Assembly (NCBI GenBank): GCA_002633005.1
Contig: NMRA01000372.1
Span: 39,098 to 103,097 of the forward strand
Length of the DNA: 64,000 nucleotides
Direction: 5' to 3'
From: Phoronis australis
Taxonomy: Eukaryota; Animalia; Phoronida
A program made the translations under genes and the position numbers. Positions 63,075-64,000 of this stretch are shown here, in pieces; within the stretch, counting starts at the first letter, position 1, and the number at the start of each line of letters is the position of its first letter. The notes beneath the pieces were generated by a model that was not told the origin of the DNA, did no database searches, and saw only the letters and a program-made list of their open reading frames with translations.

Positions 63075-64000
63075 TATAAGTAGAGGGTGTATCACACGGC
63101 AGAAAGCCCATAAGCCTAACGAAACAGAGCCAGCGTGCGGTACACACCAGTGAGCTGCTCATCCAGCACAGTGATTTCATGACTGATACATACATGTAGG
63201 GGTTCCAAAATCCTCGAAATGTGTCATTTTCAACATAGCGAATATTGAAATTGTCTACCATTTTTCCCCAGCTATTTTTCACCCATGTTGTTATAAAAAA
63301 TCTTCTTGAATGGACCCGCCCTGCAATTGCATGGTCAACTGCATGTGTCCAATGTAACGCTGTTCACGAGAATGAGGGCGAAGTCATTAGCCCATATGAC
63401 ATGTGTTCCCTCTCCCGACGGTTGCCCGTGCACTTTCAGGATCATTGCTAGATCATTTTACACCAACTAGGCTTGCAGGCTTCCTACCGTGTGATTCATT
63501 CACTGTTTATTTCACTTGTTGCAAATTTATGTCAATCATTGTTGACTGATGATGGGACATGTGGTCTCGAAATTTAGCTAATGTTTAAACTTGTTTCTCA
63601 GTTACACGTATAGACCCTATTCACGCCGACAGGAGGCGCGTTCTAAAACGAGGCTCACTACGATAGCTCTGTTAGCTTATCGGCATAGGAGTCTGTGTTT
63701 CAGTCCGTGTTGTTCCCCGAACGGCTAGAAAAAATACGGACACGCTTCACAATCTCTAAAGACGTTTAGATTCGGAAGCGATGGGTCGTTGCCATACGTC
63801 GACGAAGCAAAATATGTCCGTGTAAAATAAATGTTTTCGAAAAGTTAGATCATATTTTGTCGCGTCTCGATCAGTTGTCAAGCATCATAGTAACGACCGG
63901 AGAACGGGCCAGCCAGGTTGTATTTTCATGACAACGGAATTAGGGGGGGGGGATAAAATTGTATCAGATCCCATTTTTGAGTTCGGGTGCGAATTGCTGA

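Overview
Repeat-rich genomic DNA from an invertebrate animal (GT-AG introns, SINEs, LINE relics, many MITEs; five single-N gaps at 22401, 32720, 45920, 56912, 60917). The species cannot be determined. Three spliced genes were reconstructed by hand from splice sites and exon phases. (1) Two tandem minus-strand Rh-family (Rh50/RhAG-RhBG-RhCG-like) ammonium/gas channel paralogs: gene A at 43630->29801, with 8 of an expected 9 coding exons visible, and gene B from 18059 running off the left edge, with exons 1-3 visible. (2) A divergently transcribed plus-strand type I membrane protein (49166->~59812) whose ectodomain resembles invertebrate IL-17 receptors, with no SEFIR/TIR exon visible. Its exon-4 3' end and splice donor are tandemly amplified in 57-bp units, giving a ladder of in-frame alternative donors. 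An intronless 397-aa EEP/APE-type nuclease ORF with a complete catalytic motif set is nested antisense in intron 2 of Rh gene A. Transposon features include a hAT family with 5-bp TSDs, a pair of MITEs with 9-bp TSDs bracketing exon 1 of gene B, a 3.4-kb foldback-like element, and L1/Tx1, RTE/CR1-like, Penelope and THAP relics. All identities and counts are manual; no database searches were run.
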